A DNA stretch of 64,000 bases from Macrostomum lignano (GCA_002269645.1 NIVC01001391.1:124001-188000); one strand, 5' to 3'; shown: positions 8,445-20,868, counted from the first letter of the stretch. Numbers and translations: made by a program. Notes: generated by a model not told the origin, from the sequence alone.

Positions 8445-8861
8445 ATGAGCGAGAAAAACACTGAAGCCAGACTCAATCGATATGTTCGAGAAGGGAAACC
8501 AAGATATGTTACTGTAAATAAACAAAAGCAGTATCTTTCTAAAGAGAAGATTCGAGAATTGCAAGAGAAACAGAAAGAATATGAAGGTGGAATAATTCCT
8601 CTATTAGGCTTACTACCAGCAATTTTGGGGGGTATCGGAGCAGCCTCTGGAGTTGGTACAATGATTGCAAAAAGTGTTAATACAGCCAACAATGCTAAGC
8701 ATAATAAGACAATAGAAAGCATTGAACGGCAAAAACTAGAAGACTTGAAAAAGGCTCAAGGGAGTGGAGTATTAGTTGATGCGGCTAAAAGAGTCGAACA
8801 AGTACCCAGCGAAGCAGTCAAGTGGCTGCTAAAGACTTTTAAAGTTAAAGGAATTTTTTAG
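8445..8861 (+). CDS. Polinton pVII/pX-like core or membrane-lytic protein
   Basis: EGGIIPLLGLLPAILGGIGAASGVG: a GG-hydrophobic motif typical of Polinton protease-processed proteins, with a later QGSG. Confidence 0.65.
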   Translation: MSEKNTEARLNRYVREGKPRYVTVNKQKQYLSKEKIRELQEKQKEYEGGIIPLLGLLPAILGGIGAASGVGTMIAKSVNTANNAKHNKTIESIERQKLEDLKKAQGSGVLVDAAKRVEQVPSEAVKWLLKTFKVKGIF

Positions 8862-9029
8862 CTTTCATATTGGTTTTGGATTTTGACAACCAATAGGAGT
8901 GTCGCCCAAGCTAAAAAGAATTAGCTCATAAACCCAGTCTATATAAGTAGTTCATTCACCAACAGATAGACATAGATGTGCGCGCCTCTAACTACTCAAC
9001 TACAACTCTGTCACTGCTTACTTCACATT

Positions 9030-9629
9030 ATGCCCTCGGCTCTGAAATTGCGAAGACGATATAACGACGCACGTACCAAGACAGAGCATATTAAAAGAAA
9101 AATTGAAAAACTTTATCCGTTGACTGTTTTTCCTAATTTGGGAAATATAGATAACATCGATGTTTTCTACGCTTTTGTTCGAGAAGATAAGCTGCTTAGT
9201 CTTCTAAAGCAATATTTAAACTGCCGAAAATCGGTTAACTATGCCCGAATAGCATATCAGTCAAAGAAAGATGAGAGCACGAGCCTCAATGAACTACCAA
9301 GGGAAGATCGATATGATGAGCCACCGCCATATCAAGAGATTCAACGAGCGATAACACAACCAACACTAGCGGGCGGCAACTGGCCATCTGAACCCTACCA
9401 CAAACAGATGGCGGCGCACCAACAGATGGCGGCGCACCAACAGATGGCGGCGCACCAACAGATGGCGGCGCACCAACAGATGGCGGCGCACCAACAGATG
9501 GCGGCGCACCAACAGATGGCGGCGCACCAACAGATGGCGGCGCACCAACAGATGGCGGCGCACCAACAGATGGCACCAACAGCGGCAAACCAAACAGGCA
9601 GCTTCCAATACGCCACTGCCGATGGATGA
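9030..9629 (+). CDS. Hypothetical protein with a PPPY motif and an 18-bp (QQMAAH)n expansion
   Basis: Homologous to 17586-17982, with shared LRRRY, LLKQYL and EPPPY. The tandem repeat lies at ~9402-9575, nine full units plus a partial. Confidence 0.6.
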   Translation: MPSALKLRRRYNDARTKTEHIKRKIEKLYPLTVFPNLGNIDNIDVFYAFVREDKLLSLLKQYLNCRKSVNYARIAYQSKKDESTSLNELPREDRYDEPPPYQEIQRAITQPTLAGGNWPSEPYHKQMAAHQQMAAHQQMAAHQQMAAHQQMAAHQQMAAHQQMAAHQQMAAHQQMAAHQQMAPTAANQTGSFQYATADG

Positions 9630-9819
9630 GGATATTATTTCATTTTGACTTTTTTTTAGATATTTAATTTTTAAATATACCTGGATGGCTTATTAGTTCC
9701 ATCAACTCAGCTCAAACAGAGTTATTACCATCTTTGGATTGAAAAAATACAATCTTTATGGCTACTACATTCTTTAATGTGTTCTGCATTCATTTTTTCT
9801 GTTACTAAAAATAGACAAA

Positions 9820-10014
9820 ATGACACACCACACACACTTATACAATCTGAATGAATTGCAAGTCGGAGACCCAGTCGAATATAGGGGTGAGGGTCTGTTT
9901 GACATAATAGGCAAAGCAGCGAATACAATAAAAGATAATATGCCACTCATAGCACAAGCAGGCTCAGCAGGCTCAGGCTCAGCAGGCGCAGACTTACGCT
10001 CAGCAGGATCATGA
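9820..10014 (+). pseudogene. Truncated core-like protein (RGEGLFDIIG motif)
   Basis: The GEGLFD motif resembles that of the 8014 ORF. Confidence 0.4.
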
Positions 10015-10269
10015 GATGGATGAACTTGTCCAACGAAACCAAGGCATTTGACAATGAAGACTTGAGTTTCCACTGTATAAGTGTTTAAAGTAGTTATAAC
10101 ATCTCTAGAAATAAAATGAATTACTATCATGCTAAATCTCTTTAAGCAGGCCACAGAATGCTCTGCGGAGTCTGGCCATTTGTGTCTGAAAATATTTTAT
10201 TTTGTGTTCCCCCTTATTGTAAACTTCCACTCGAATCAGATTGTGACTGTTAAATTTTTCATAGAAAAA

Positions 10270-10608
10270 ATGGAAGCTAATAACCCAAATGTTCAAAATG
10301 CACTGCCACAAAAATATTATTATTTTATTTTAAATTTCTCTCAAATAAAAACACCTATTCGAAAGGCTCGACTAATTGCAGCAATTGATAAAGCTTACGA
10401 TGAATATAAAGCAGAAATATTAAATCACACCGATTGTAAATGCCAACTATATTTGTATTCATTCAGAGTATATCTTGCACATGTTGATAAATGGGCATTG
10501 ATTTCGAGACAGCACATAAGGAATGATGAATTTTTCGTCATGCTGAAATTGAAGATTTTTAAACTCCCCATAACCCTTGAGAAGTACATTGAAACTGATG
10601 AATATTAA
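10270..10608 (+). CDS. Hypothetical protein; decayed duplicate at ~18405-18760
   Basis: Clean ORF, with strong nucleotide similarity between ~10240-10880 and ~18400-19015. Confidence 0.5.
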   Translation: MEANNPNVQNALPQKYYYFILNFSQIKTPIRKARLIAAIDKAYDEYKAEILNHTDCKCQLYLYSFRVYLAHVDKWALISRQHIRNDEFFVMLKLKIFKLPITLEKYIETDEY

Positions 10609-10867
10609 CAATATATGAATATTAACAATTATATTGTTAAATTTATTTAAATAAAATGGAAGGAAAAAATCAAAATGATTCAAGTGTCTCTCCTGTGATC
10701 GTACAGGATCCGCTTCAAAACCATGATGCCCCACCGCCAAGATTGACAAATTTAAAACAAAAAAATCGTACGATAAACTAATTAATCTCTATGGAGAACT
10801 TAATTTTAGATTCGGAAGTTGCGGTATAACATGGAATAGTAAAGCAAAGAAAAAAATACCGTCAGGA

Positions 10868-13168
10868 ATGCCAACCAAAGTAGATAGAAATTCAACCTCC
10901 CCACCACTTCGACCAGAGGTAGACAACATGATTTGGATAGATATTCGAAATTCAAATATAACCGTAATCGATATTGATAATGCTGACCTATGCCTTGAGT
11001 TGAATAAACTGTGTATGACTCATTGTTATTGGATTGTTCAGACAAACAAGCGTCATCACTTTTACTTTCACAAGGTAGATAGATTAAAAAAGTAACGACT
11101 CAACAAAGTGTGGGTTTTGATTTCCCGCCTTAGTATTTGCTCCACCAGGTTTCTATTATGTCGATGGTGAAATTAAGGAATACAAACGTACAAAGCCCGA
11201 AGGGTTAATGGACATGCCAGATGTAGTTCTTGAGGAGATAAATAGATTAATAAAGCCACAGGATAAAAAAAGAAAACCAAGAACCCGACAAACAGGCAAT
11301 AAAAAGCACCGTCCCACCACCCACTTGTGAAGGAGTTTCAAAGTTGTTAAATATAATACAACACAAAAACCAAGACTATGATTCTTAGTAAAAGGTAGCA
11401 CTCATACTCCGCGACATAGACAGTGGTGATGAAATGTACAAAGTATTCACTGATTGGTCAAAAGTAAATTATGATAAGTTCGATTCCGAGTCATGTAAAA
11501 ATGTGTGGAATAGCACCAGTACCAGCTCTGCTGATCGAGAGGGCAGACTTACTATCGGTACACTAAAGAAATGGGCAAGTGAAGAAAATTATTGTAAATA
11601 CAAGGAATGGAAAAGCAAATATGATTATTATGGTAGGATTGAGTTTCTTGATGATAATTTCACTGACGTTAACTTAACCAATTTTGTTTATGAATATAAG
11701 AAGAATAATATAATTTACAATAGCGATGGTATTTACTATTTTGATGATGATAAGTGGAGAGAACTAAGTAGTATAAATGACATATTTCTTAAAATATCAA
11801 ATCTTGTTAGCAGTGAGTTAAACCACCGAAAGACTAGACTCGAAATTGCAATTAAGAAGGCGGCTGATGATAAAGAGAAGTTAAAAGCACTTGAAAAGAA
11901 ACTACAGAGTACAATGAAGAATATAAATTCAATACAATGAGCCAACAAACTCAAACAGGTAACTAGTTTGTTCAAAGAGAGGTTTACTAACAATGAAATT
12001 GAATTCGACATGAAATGGAATCTGCTAGGGTTTAACGATGGGAGTATACGACCTCATTACAGGTGAGTTTCGCGAGTATAGATATGACGATTACGTTACT
12101 AAATCGGTGGGATATAATTACTCGGATGTGCTTAGAGTGAGTGATGACGACTATGAGTTCATTGTTAATCTGCATAACCAAATTCATCCCGATCCAGAAA
12201 ATAGAAAGAGTTGGGAATCCGTTATAGCCACAGCTCTAATGGGTAATAATGTTGAAAACTTTATAATGTTTGATGGCGCTGGTGGAAATGGCAAGGGAGT
12301 TGAGGACAACCTACTTCTTAGAACTCTAGGATCTGATTATGCAGCACCACTGAGTCCTGATGTTTTGAATTTACCAATAAGAATAGACAGGCCACAACCA
12401 GCCCTAGCACATATTAATAAAAAGAGGTTGGTTATCAGTCAAGAAGTAAGTGGTGTCTTGAACAATGCATCAATAAAATTACTTACTGGTGGAGGAGTTA
12501 TTCAAGCTAGAACTTTATATTCAAGCCAGTGTAATGTTGTTTTATACGCAACCCTAATAGTCGAATGTAATAACAAGCCCGACCTTAGACAAAATATTGG
12601 AGATGCAGAAAAAAGACGAATTATAAATATTAATTACCCATGTAAATATACAACAGATACCGACATCATTGATCATGCGAAACACATTTATAAAGCCGAT
12701 TCATATCTTAAGACCGAGGAGTTTAAGAATAAATATAAGTTTGCTGAGATGAAACACCTACTAGAAATTTTCAAGCAAACAAATGGTGAAATATATCGAT
12801 CGAAAAGCGTAATTGAAAACACTAATGAATTCATACAAAATTGTAATTGGTTTGCTCACTTCTTTGAAGAGAATTATGAATTTTTAGAAACTGAGGAAAA
12901 AACATTTATGCCTATTAGAGAAATTTACACTGCCGCAACAGAGAGTGAATACTATAGGACTCTAGCCAAACGCGAGAAACGTGAGTTCCAACAACAATAC
13001 ATAACAGATTTCTTCAAGAATCACAATGACTATTGTAAGTATTATAAGGATAGATATAGGCGTAGGATAGATGGTAAACGGCAAGAAACTAGAAATGTGT
13101 TGCTACAGTGCACGAAAAAAATAAACGAAGATGTTATCAATGAGATTACATTGGCTGATGAGGAATAG
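10868..13168 (+). pseudogene. Primase-polymerase / PriCT-2 / D5-like SF3 helicase, frameshifted
   Basis: VIDIDN..QTNKRHHFYF (prim-pol); FTDWSK..WNS..LTIGTLKKWA (PriCT-2); GVYDLITGEFR..DYVT (D5_N); Walker A GAGGNGKG; SIKLLTGG..ARTLY; ECNNKP; RRIININYP. Confidence 0.92.
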
Positions 13169-13475
13169 ATCTGATAGGATCCAAATAATATCTTTTATCA
13201 TCTAACGGACTCATTGTTTGTTTCATAATCTCACGAATATATATTTTATTTTTTTCATATACAGTCATACTTACTCTACCTCTTTGAATATATTTGTAAT
13301 TGTTAGCTCGGAGTCGATTATTGAATCACTTTCACTTGACAATCAAGCTGCATGCTCTCGCGGCTTACTTTGCCTTCTTTCGTTCTTTTTTATTTATTCT
13401 TTAGCGCTGCCTTCACTCATTACAACTCTATGGGTTTGGCCAAAGACAGCATACCGATGCACACACAAGCCGATA

Positions 13476-15790
13476 CTAACAGTAATCTGTCAATAGTATG
13501 TTTTTAAATGTTTCAAACTTTATATTTGTACTGCTTTTATCAACCCCCTTGATCGTAACACACTCTCCTGAAACTGTAGTGAAAGCATACTCCTTTGACC
13601 GCAAGAATACAGCTTCGGAAATTATTGAACCATTCATTTCAACTTTCAACTTTCCAGTGACTTTCTTATTCTTCTCAGAGTATAGTGGATGCTCTCTTGG
13701 ATAATCCGATGTGTCTAAGTGTTCTTTATTTTTTTTCAAGATCCTCATAAACATCCTAAGTAATCACTGAGAATATCAACGAATCACAATCAGAATAGTG
13801 CAATTGACAGTTGTTCCAATTCTTCTCAATAACATTGTAATAGCAATCGTACATTAGCATTTTTGCATAATCCAGAATGGCCATTCCTAAATAAATTGGC
13901 TTGTCACACGCAATTGTCTTTTTGTACATTTGGATACCAACTGCATCCTCACTAAACATAATGAAATCTTTGAAATTTGGTTTGGAAAAATAACGCCTTG
14001 CAGTTTTTTCTTCGGCTACAAGATGAAAGTTCGACCTATTCTTTACATTTTCGATTGTTTTACCGTAGAATAAGTTGTTTAGTAGTTTCCACAGGTCTTT
14101 CTCAAATTTAGTTTTTGCTTCCATTCTCCGCCTGGTATTAAATTCGATGTATTTACTCAACCAGTTTGATTCTTTGAATGAAATAATTCTATGAACTCTC
14201 GTAACTCGCATGCCCATCTTCTCATAAAACTCAAGTTTCAAGTGATGTAAAACAAATTTCTCCTTGTTGTAAAATGTCAACATCAACTTGGATTAAACAA
14301 ACTTTTTCTTTTCGACTTCAAGATATTGCTTCTGTATATCAGATAAATCCTCAAATCTAGTTGTTCGTTTCTCAGGAGCCAGTGGATATTTACTTGTAGC
14401 TTTCTTACATTCCTCTGTATATTCAAGGTCAACTGCAAAAAAACAACCCCTGTCATTAGGAATATTCTTGTGATACTCTAGATCATTTTCAAACTTGAAA
14501 TCTCCCACAGGAAGATTTTTCATCATTGCTTCACCATATAAATTATTTTTGTCTAGGTATAACATGTATGACGATTCATAATTGCTGTCATAATTTTTTA
14601 AATACTTGTTATTTATTTTTTTATATCGATCTCCAAGAACTCCAGAGAAACCGCTGCGAATACCACCTTCTACCATGGATATCATATCTTTATCACCAAG
14701 TAATTCCAATTCCACATTAGTATATTTCAACCCACATGCCCACGATAATCCAGAAAGGGAAAAGCAATACGCAGGATCTATCTTGAAATATTTCAAAAAT
14801 GTTGATCGAAACTTCTCAAAAGCATTGACAAATGAGTAAATCTTTCTAATTTCTGTCGTTGTATCACTGGGTGGCAAATATTTTATTTCTTCTTCAGAGA
14901 GTGTAAATGGTGGTTCCAAAAACCTAGATCCATCTAAAAACACAACACCACTGGTATAATTCCCCCACTTAATTGAATTATTAATTGAATTATTAATTGA
15001 ATTGATTCGCCTTGCCCTCCTTGGTATTACATGATCGACATGCTGCGCCGCGATATTTACCATTGTAGTGATTATGCTCTCGAATTTTTTTACTATCTAC
15101 AAATGGCCTTGAGCAGAGAAAACATTGTTCTGCTGCTTTGTAATCAGTCTCTTCGACATCACTTAATCTTGGATGTTTATATTTATCCATTTTATTTTTT
15201 ATATGCTCAAATTTTTTTTTACGGTTTTAACGAATGATTCCACTGTAGTATTTGAAATAATATCTGATTTTATAATATTTTCATAATCGGAACTAATAAA
15301 AAATGTCCAGTTTCATAGCTGTATGGATTTATCATCCATCGTTACATAATCTAATATTGCATAAAACACAAATGGCTTTCTTACACTCATGTGGTAGTTC
15401 TTAAACTTTAACATCCTCTTATCAATCTTTGGAACTTCAATTGACACCTTGAAGTCATTACAGATTGCTTTATGATTATCCAGTGCATCCTGGGAGTATT
15501 TAACTTGAAGACACTTTCGACAAAGAAAAACCCTGTTGTAATTTTGGGACGTGAGGAATAAGCTTAGGTCTGTTATTAAACAATAATGATTTTTAACAAG
15601 TAGTAAATCAATAACATCGGGGTTGTAATCTTCTGTCAGACGAATAGAATATATTGACTCTTTGGTATTTATATCTCTCAATCCAAACACATTTATATGG
15701 AGGCTGTTCAACTTTTCAATCTCAGAGATATCTCGAATGTTCACTGGAAATTTAACGTCTCCTAAGTTTATTTAATTTATATACTGTGCA
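13476..15790 (-). pseudogene. Protein-primed DNA polymerase B (pPolB), fragmented by frameshifts and deletions
   Basis: FPVNIRDI..INVFG..HYCLI..CRKCL; EndoVII-like CFLC..REHNHYNGKYRGAACRSCN; motif A YLDKNNLYGEAM; motif B KLLNNLFYGK; KPIYLG; motif C YSDCDS; C-terminal KEY..IKGV. Confidence 0.95.
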
Positions 15791-16017
15791 TACTTACCAA
15801 CTCTATATCTATGTTCCTTCACAGGATGGATACAATTTATCCTGCTACTTTGCCGTTTGTACTTTTTTACCTTTTTGCTATAGATTGTAAGATCTTTAGT
15901 AATGCATTCAATACTGCCTTTGATTTCACCCTTTCTCTGATTGAAATAGTCCCGCTCCCTCAAATCTGCTTCATGCAGCTCAACCACAGGATAGATGTGT
16001 TCATTTTTTTCATTCAT
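15772..16017 (-). pseudogene. Truncated small Polinton ORF (HIYP..KKYKR)
   Basis: Resembles the N-terminus of small coiled-coil/membrane ORFs of Polintons; weak support. Confidence 0.35.
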
Positions 16018-16274
16018 TTTTAAGTGGCGATTATGTCTAATAGCCGTTTTCGCCCAACAAAGATAGAACCTGTGTATGGGGTCGAAGAGAAACTGTACTA
16101 AACATCTCTACAACATCACCTTCTCCCAATTCGAGTCAATATAATTTAAGCACTAGATTATCCTTGAGTGCAAATCCGAAATACCATATCAAAGCCTTAG
16201 GACGAAGCGAATACAGAACAAATTGTTGAGTTTTGTTCAGCATTGTATGGATCAAGTGGATAAGGTACAAGTCA

Positions 16275-16928
16275 TGCAAAAGAATACCATGGAATATGAA
16301 ATTCGCCAGGATACTTTCCAGTGGCGAAGATGGGTGGTAGTTTAGTTATAGCTGACTGAATATCTAAAGCGTTTCCTAGAAATAATGGTTTACTGAAGGC
16401 CATTTTATATATATATGTTATATATATATAATTTACTATCGTTGAATTGGATGACACTTTCATATTGTATATACCTGAATTGCATTGAATTGACCCGTGA
16501 ATCCAACTTTTCTCATGGTTTTAGAGCTGGAATCGTGAAAATTGCACTTTTTCAAAATTTTTGAAAATCACAAAAAAATTGCTGTTTTCAGACCATTTTC
16601 ACCTGTTTTTAGTCATTTTTCAGTTATTTTTTGTGATTTTCAAAATGAGTGAGGGCATGAGGGCGAGGGCACCCTCCTTTTTAAAAAGTATAAAAATTCT
16701 GAAAAATCTGTGTTCTGAGAAATATACCACAGGCCAATGCCCCCCACATGCCCTCACCCTCAACACCCTCACTCACAGATATATGTATATTCATATATCA
16801 CACACCCCTTGCAACTCTGACCACCTGGCAGTAGTAGTGTTATATAAGGGGCTGAGTCATCCAGCGAGCTGGCGCGCAATACGCCCGAGCAATAAGTGTG
16901 GCGCAGCCCCTTATATAACACTACTACT
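16275..16928 (-). repeat. Right TIR of element A, with an intron-less dead-end copy of the PLA2 5' exon (MAFSKPLF..HIPWYSFA*)
   Basis: Inverted match to 5015-5920; similarity ends at the FA codons. Confidence 0.9.
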
Positions 16929-17001
16929 TATGGGGATCAATACTAAACATTATAACCAACATTAAACAAGTGCTTAGTGATTGGTGACACCTTCAAATTG
17001 C
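16929..17001 (+). pseudogene. Fragment of a second copy of the group I intron (end of the nuclease ORF, P2.1 3' strand, P3 5' strand)
   Basis: TATGGGGATCAATAC..AACAAGTGCTTAGTGATTGGTGACACCTTCAAATTGC matches 6424-6497 with a few substitutions. Confidence 0.9.
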
Positions 17002-17585
17002 ATGTTGAAGAAATTTCCAAGCATTCTTCAATACTTAGACACAAATAGACAATACTCACTCAATACGAGAGTGGATTTTCGCTCATCTCGTTCGCTCACC
17101 CAACCTACTATTGTTGTATGGTAGCAAAAAAGCAAACAGAACTACCTCCAAGCGCCTCCTCTTAGTACCACAAAGAGAAAAAGAAGCATTAAAAATGAAC
17201 GCAGCGAAAAAACGTGCTCAAGTTGAGTTGAGTTAGCATTCTATTGTGCTCAACCTAAATCTAAAAGCAAACAATACGTCGCATAGCACTACTTCAAAAA
17301 AATCATTCCCACGGTGCCACAATGAGACATTTTTTACCTATTCATTAAGATTTCTATAGAGCCCAGTATGCCAAATTCCATTCTGACCAACCGTGCGACC
17401 AAAAAGTTCAACCAAAAAGCTCAACCAAAAAGCTGAACAAAAAGCTCAACCAAAAAAGTTTTGGATTTGGCAACCAATAGGAGCAGGCTCACACAAAAAA
17501 ACTATAAAACCTCCAACAATAAGACACAGAAAGCAAAAACTCTGTCGCTTTTTATTGCGCTTTTCTCTCAAGAGATCTCTCAACA

Positions 17586-19015
17586 ATGCCTACCACTTCC
17601 GAGTTGAGAAGACGGTACCGTGAAGCAACAACTAAGCTGAATTCTTTTACGCAAACGACAACTATATCCATCGACGGTTTTTCAATCTTCAATTAGCAAG
17701 TTGGAGAGTCTCGACGTCTACTATGGATTTGTCGCAGAAGAACGCTTCCTGGCTTTGCTTAAGCAGTATCTTACCTCAAAAAAGTCAGTCATGACAACAC
17801 AATTAGCATTTGAAGCCAAGACGATCGAGCACCTTAGCCTAGTTGACCTCACAACAGCAGAAGAAACCTACAAAGAACCACCACCATATCGACCTACAAC
17901 AGTGAGAACTCCAAATCTCGACTCGGCACAAAACGAACCACAAGTCTCCGATCAGGTGCACCCTATTGAGTCCGATTATTGATTAACTCAACAAATTATA
18001 CGAGAATTTTCGATTACATTAAGTTAGAAATATAAGATCTCTTTGAATAAAAGAAAGCTTCAATCGTGCTTAAGATGAGTCAGCCTTGTTTTGTGCCTGA
18101 CACTCGTTATTCCAGTCTCACTCATTTTTATACCCCATAAAAATAGAAGCTGAAGATTAATATAACAAAGCAACAATATGACAGACTTGGGTAAAGAAAT
18201 GAAAATGAATACGCACAAGGAAAAGGATTTGCATTTTTTTCTAGGCTCAGTTTGAAATATATCTTTTCAGAAAGATCCACATTATTTTTTACTAAATTGC
18301 CTACTCTGCCAAAGAACAACTCTGAGTCATAATGTAAGGAAAGAGGTCCTGCAGGTTTCAAACAAGTAAAAGAATAGTTTGTGACTTAAAAATAAAAACT
18401 ACATGGCTAAATTTTCTTAGAAAAATTGAAGCTAATAACCCAAATGTACAAAATGCTCTACCACAAAAATAATATGATTCTATTATATCATTTCTCAAAT
18501 CAAAACCCATACTCGAAAGTTTCGACTAATTGCAGCAATTGATAAAGCTTACGATGAATATAAAGCAGAAATATTATAACACACTGATTGTAAATTCCCC
18601 CCATATTTGTATTCATTCAGAGTATATCTTGCACATGTTGATAAATGGGCATTGATTTCGAGACAGCACATAAGGAATTATGATTTTTTCTTTATGCTGA
18701 AATTGAACAATTTAAAAATTTTAAAACTCCCCATAACCTTGACAAGTACATTGAAACCGAAAAAATTATATTGTTAATTTTATTTTTAATAAAATGGAAA
18801 GAAAAAATAAAAATGATTCAAATGTCTCTCCTGTGATCATACAGGATCCGTTTCAAAACCATGATGCACCACCACCACCAAGATTGACAAATTTAAAACA
18901 CAAAATCGTACGATAAACTAATTATTCTCTATGGAGAACTTAATTTTAGATTCGGAAGTTGCAGTATAGCATGGAATAGTAAAACAAAGAAAAAAATACC
19001 ATCAAGAATGCCAAC
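17586..19015 (+). pseudogene. Remnant of a sister element: paralogs of the 9030 and 10270 ORFs and of the primase start
   Basis: ESLDVYYGFVAEERFLALLKQYL..KEPPPY; a nucleotide duplicate of ~10240-10880. Confidence 0.75.
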
Positions 19016-19024
19016 CACAGAAGT

Positions 19025-19570
19025 AGAATGCATGAGGGGGCTTCTGGGAAAAATTTTTAACGTCCTCCATAATCCCATTAAATCCATCCATATTATCCCT
19101 GAATCAGAAAAAAGGGGTCGCACTTGCTCCGAAAGCTTCGCACAAAATCCTCCTAAATCTATCGATATTAGCATAACAGTGTCCTACATAATCCACTGAC
19201 ATCCGCCCATAGCATCTTCGAAACAATCAGAAATAATCTGCATTCTTCTCCCCACATTCAATTCGCGAAACCAGATTCCTAATACTTTAAATCCTCAGCG
19301 CAGGGCGCTCATCCTCCGAAAAAAAATCTAAATTTTCTCTAAAAATGTTTCCAATCGTCTCTCCAGGTTCTTATTACAAAGCGCACGAGCCTAATTACAA
19401 GAGTAAGTACCATTGCAAACTTTGAATGCAGTGAGTACATGAGAAAATATTGGCCCGACGTTGATATCAATGTCCCTAATATTAATCTAGCTCTCCAAAG
19501 ACACTGGTTTCTTAAGTATGGAGTAGTTACTAAAACTTTGCAGAAATCATTAGGCAATTGTAGAATGTCA
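19025..19570 (+). repeat. Repeated module, copy 2 (inverted, more diverged)
   Basis: Inverted match to 4450-5008, including CSEYMRKYWPDVDINVPNINLALQRHWFLKYGV. Confidence 0.85.
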
Positions 19571-20197
19571 TTACAATACGCTTTAAGACTTTTAGACTGC
19601 ATTAATAGATATTTTTACGCATGGTATGTTGCTGTGTGGCGGGTGGGTGATGAGCCGAATGGGTGGCAGCTGTTTCTTGTCATAGCGCGAGCGGCGTTGG
19701 TAGCAACTCCCAGTTGGCACTTATTGGTTGCATTAATTTAACGAACGTTCGTAAAAATCATGAGCAGCATAGAAAAAAAAGCTTTCCCAGCTCAAGGATC
19801 CCTTAACTAGCTCAAATGATCCCTTGCCTAGCTTCAGAAATGCCCATTTAGTTCCTTGTTTAAACCCCCAGCCTTCTCAACCCCCAGCTCTTTCAGCTGT
19901 CTTCCTAGTTCTTAACTTGGCTCATGCAATACAAAACCCGCCCTTTTCTCAGGGAACCCCAATCATCCATTAATAGAAAATCTGCGGTTTTCCCTTCTAG
20001 AATTCGAATTCTAGAATATTCTAGAATAAAAAGAGAATCCATGGATTCCCGAGCCCACACCAATGGTATATAAACAGCCGATTCACACCGCCCCTCGCCT
20101 CACCCTACCTGCTCCGCCTCGCCCCGCCTCGCCCCGCCTCACCTCGCCGCGCCAGCAACTTCTTATTTTTTGACTTGCTTAATCTCCGGATCTTGCC

Positions 20198-20798
20198 ATG
20201 GATGTTGAAATGCGAGCAGGCGACAACGTTTACATCGAAAATCTGGAGAACTTCATCAAGGCAGTTTTTTCTAGTAAAGATCTTGACAATTGGAATGTTT
20301 GGTTCGATAAATATAATGCAATTGCTCGGACACCCATCGCGAAGCAGACTATCATCGGTCGACTAGCAAAAAACTACCGGCAAGCAATCACAAATCAGCA
20401 AGGCTCTGGACGAGTTGCGCATGGCCTACAAGGCCAACGGTGAGCCTGCGCCAGAGCATTCTCTAGAAGAATTTAAGCAGGGAGCATTCACGATCGACGC
20501 GGTGCTTATACAGATTGCTAACCTCAATAAACTAGTTGAACGGCATGGTAAGCATGGCTTTGCAAACGGCCTACAGCTCGGCAGGATCTTTCTGAGAATG
20601 GAGCGGGTTCTCAGTAAGGAACAGTTCAACGAGCTGAGAAGACGTGCACCGTTCACCAGCCAGTGGACCAACTTTCTGATGAAATTGGCTGACCAGGCTG
20701 AGAAATATCCGGTGCTACGAAGATCTGCAATGTTACTGCACAAGCTGAAGTCGATGAATCCATGGATTTCCGAGCCCATACCAAAGGTATATAAATAG
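20198..20798 (+). pseudogene. Unknown helical family member 1, frameshifted (~20415)
   Basis: LQLGRIF..FTSQWTNFLMKLADQAEKYPVLRRS shares the NF.MKL...EYP.L..S motif with 26887-27279. Confidence 0.55.
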
Positions 20799-20868
20799 CC
20801 GATTAACACCGCACCCTCGCCTCGCCTCACCCCGCCCCACCTCGCTCCGCCTCACTCCGATTCTTGTT

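Larger units (their letters stand above)
5015..16928. mobile_element. Polinton/Maverick element A, 11,914 bp, decayed, with long TIRs and a 6-bp TSD
   Basis: Starts AGTAGTAGT (5015) and ends ACTACTACT (16928). TATGGG flanks both sides (5009-5014 and 16929-16934). Contains integrase, primase-helicase and pPolB remnants. Confidence 0.95.

Noticed and set aside
5015-16928. Element A as a novel naturally capsid-less replicon (no MCP, penton, ATPase or protease seen)
   Set aside because: Its pPolB, helicase and integrase are broken by stops, frameshifts and deletions, so loss by decay cannot be excluded without an intact copy.
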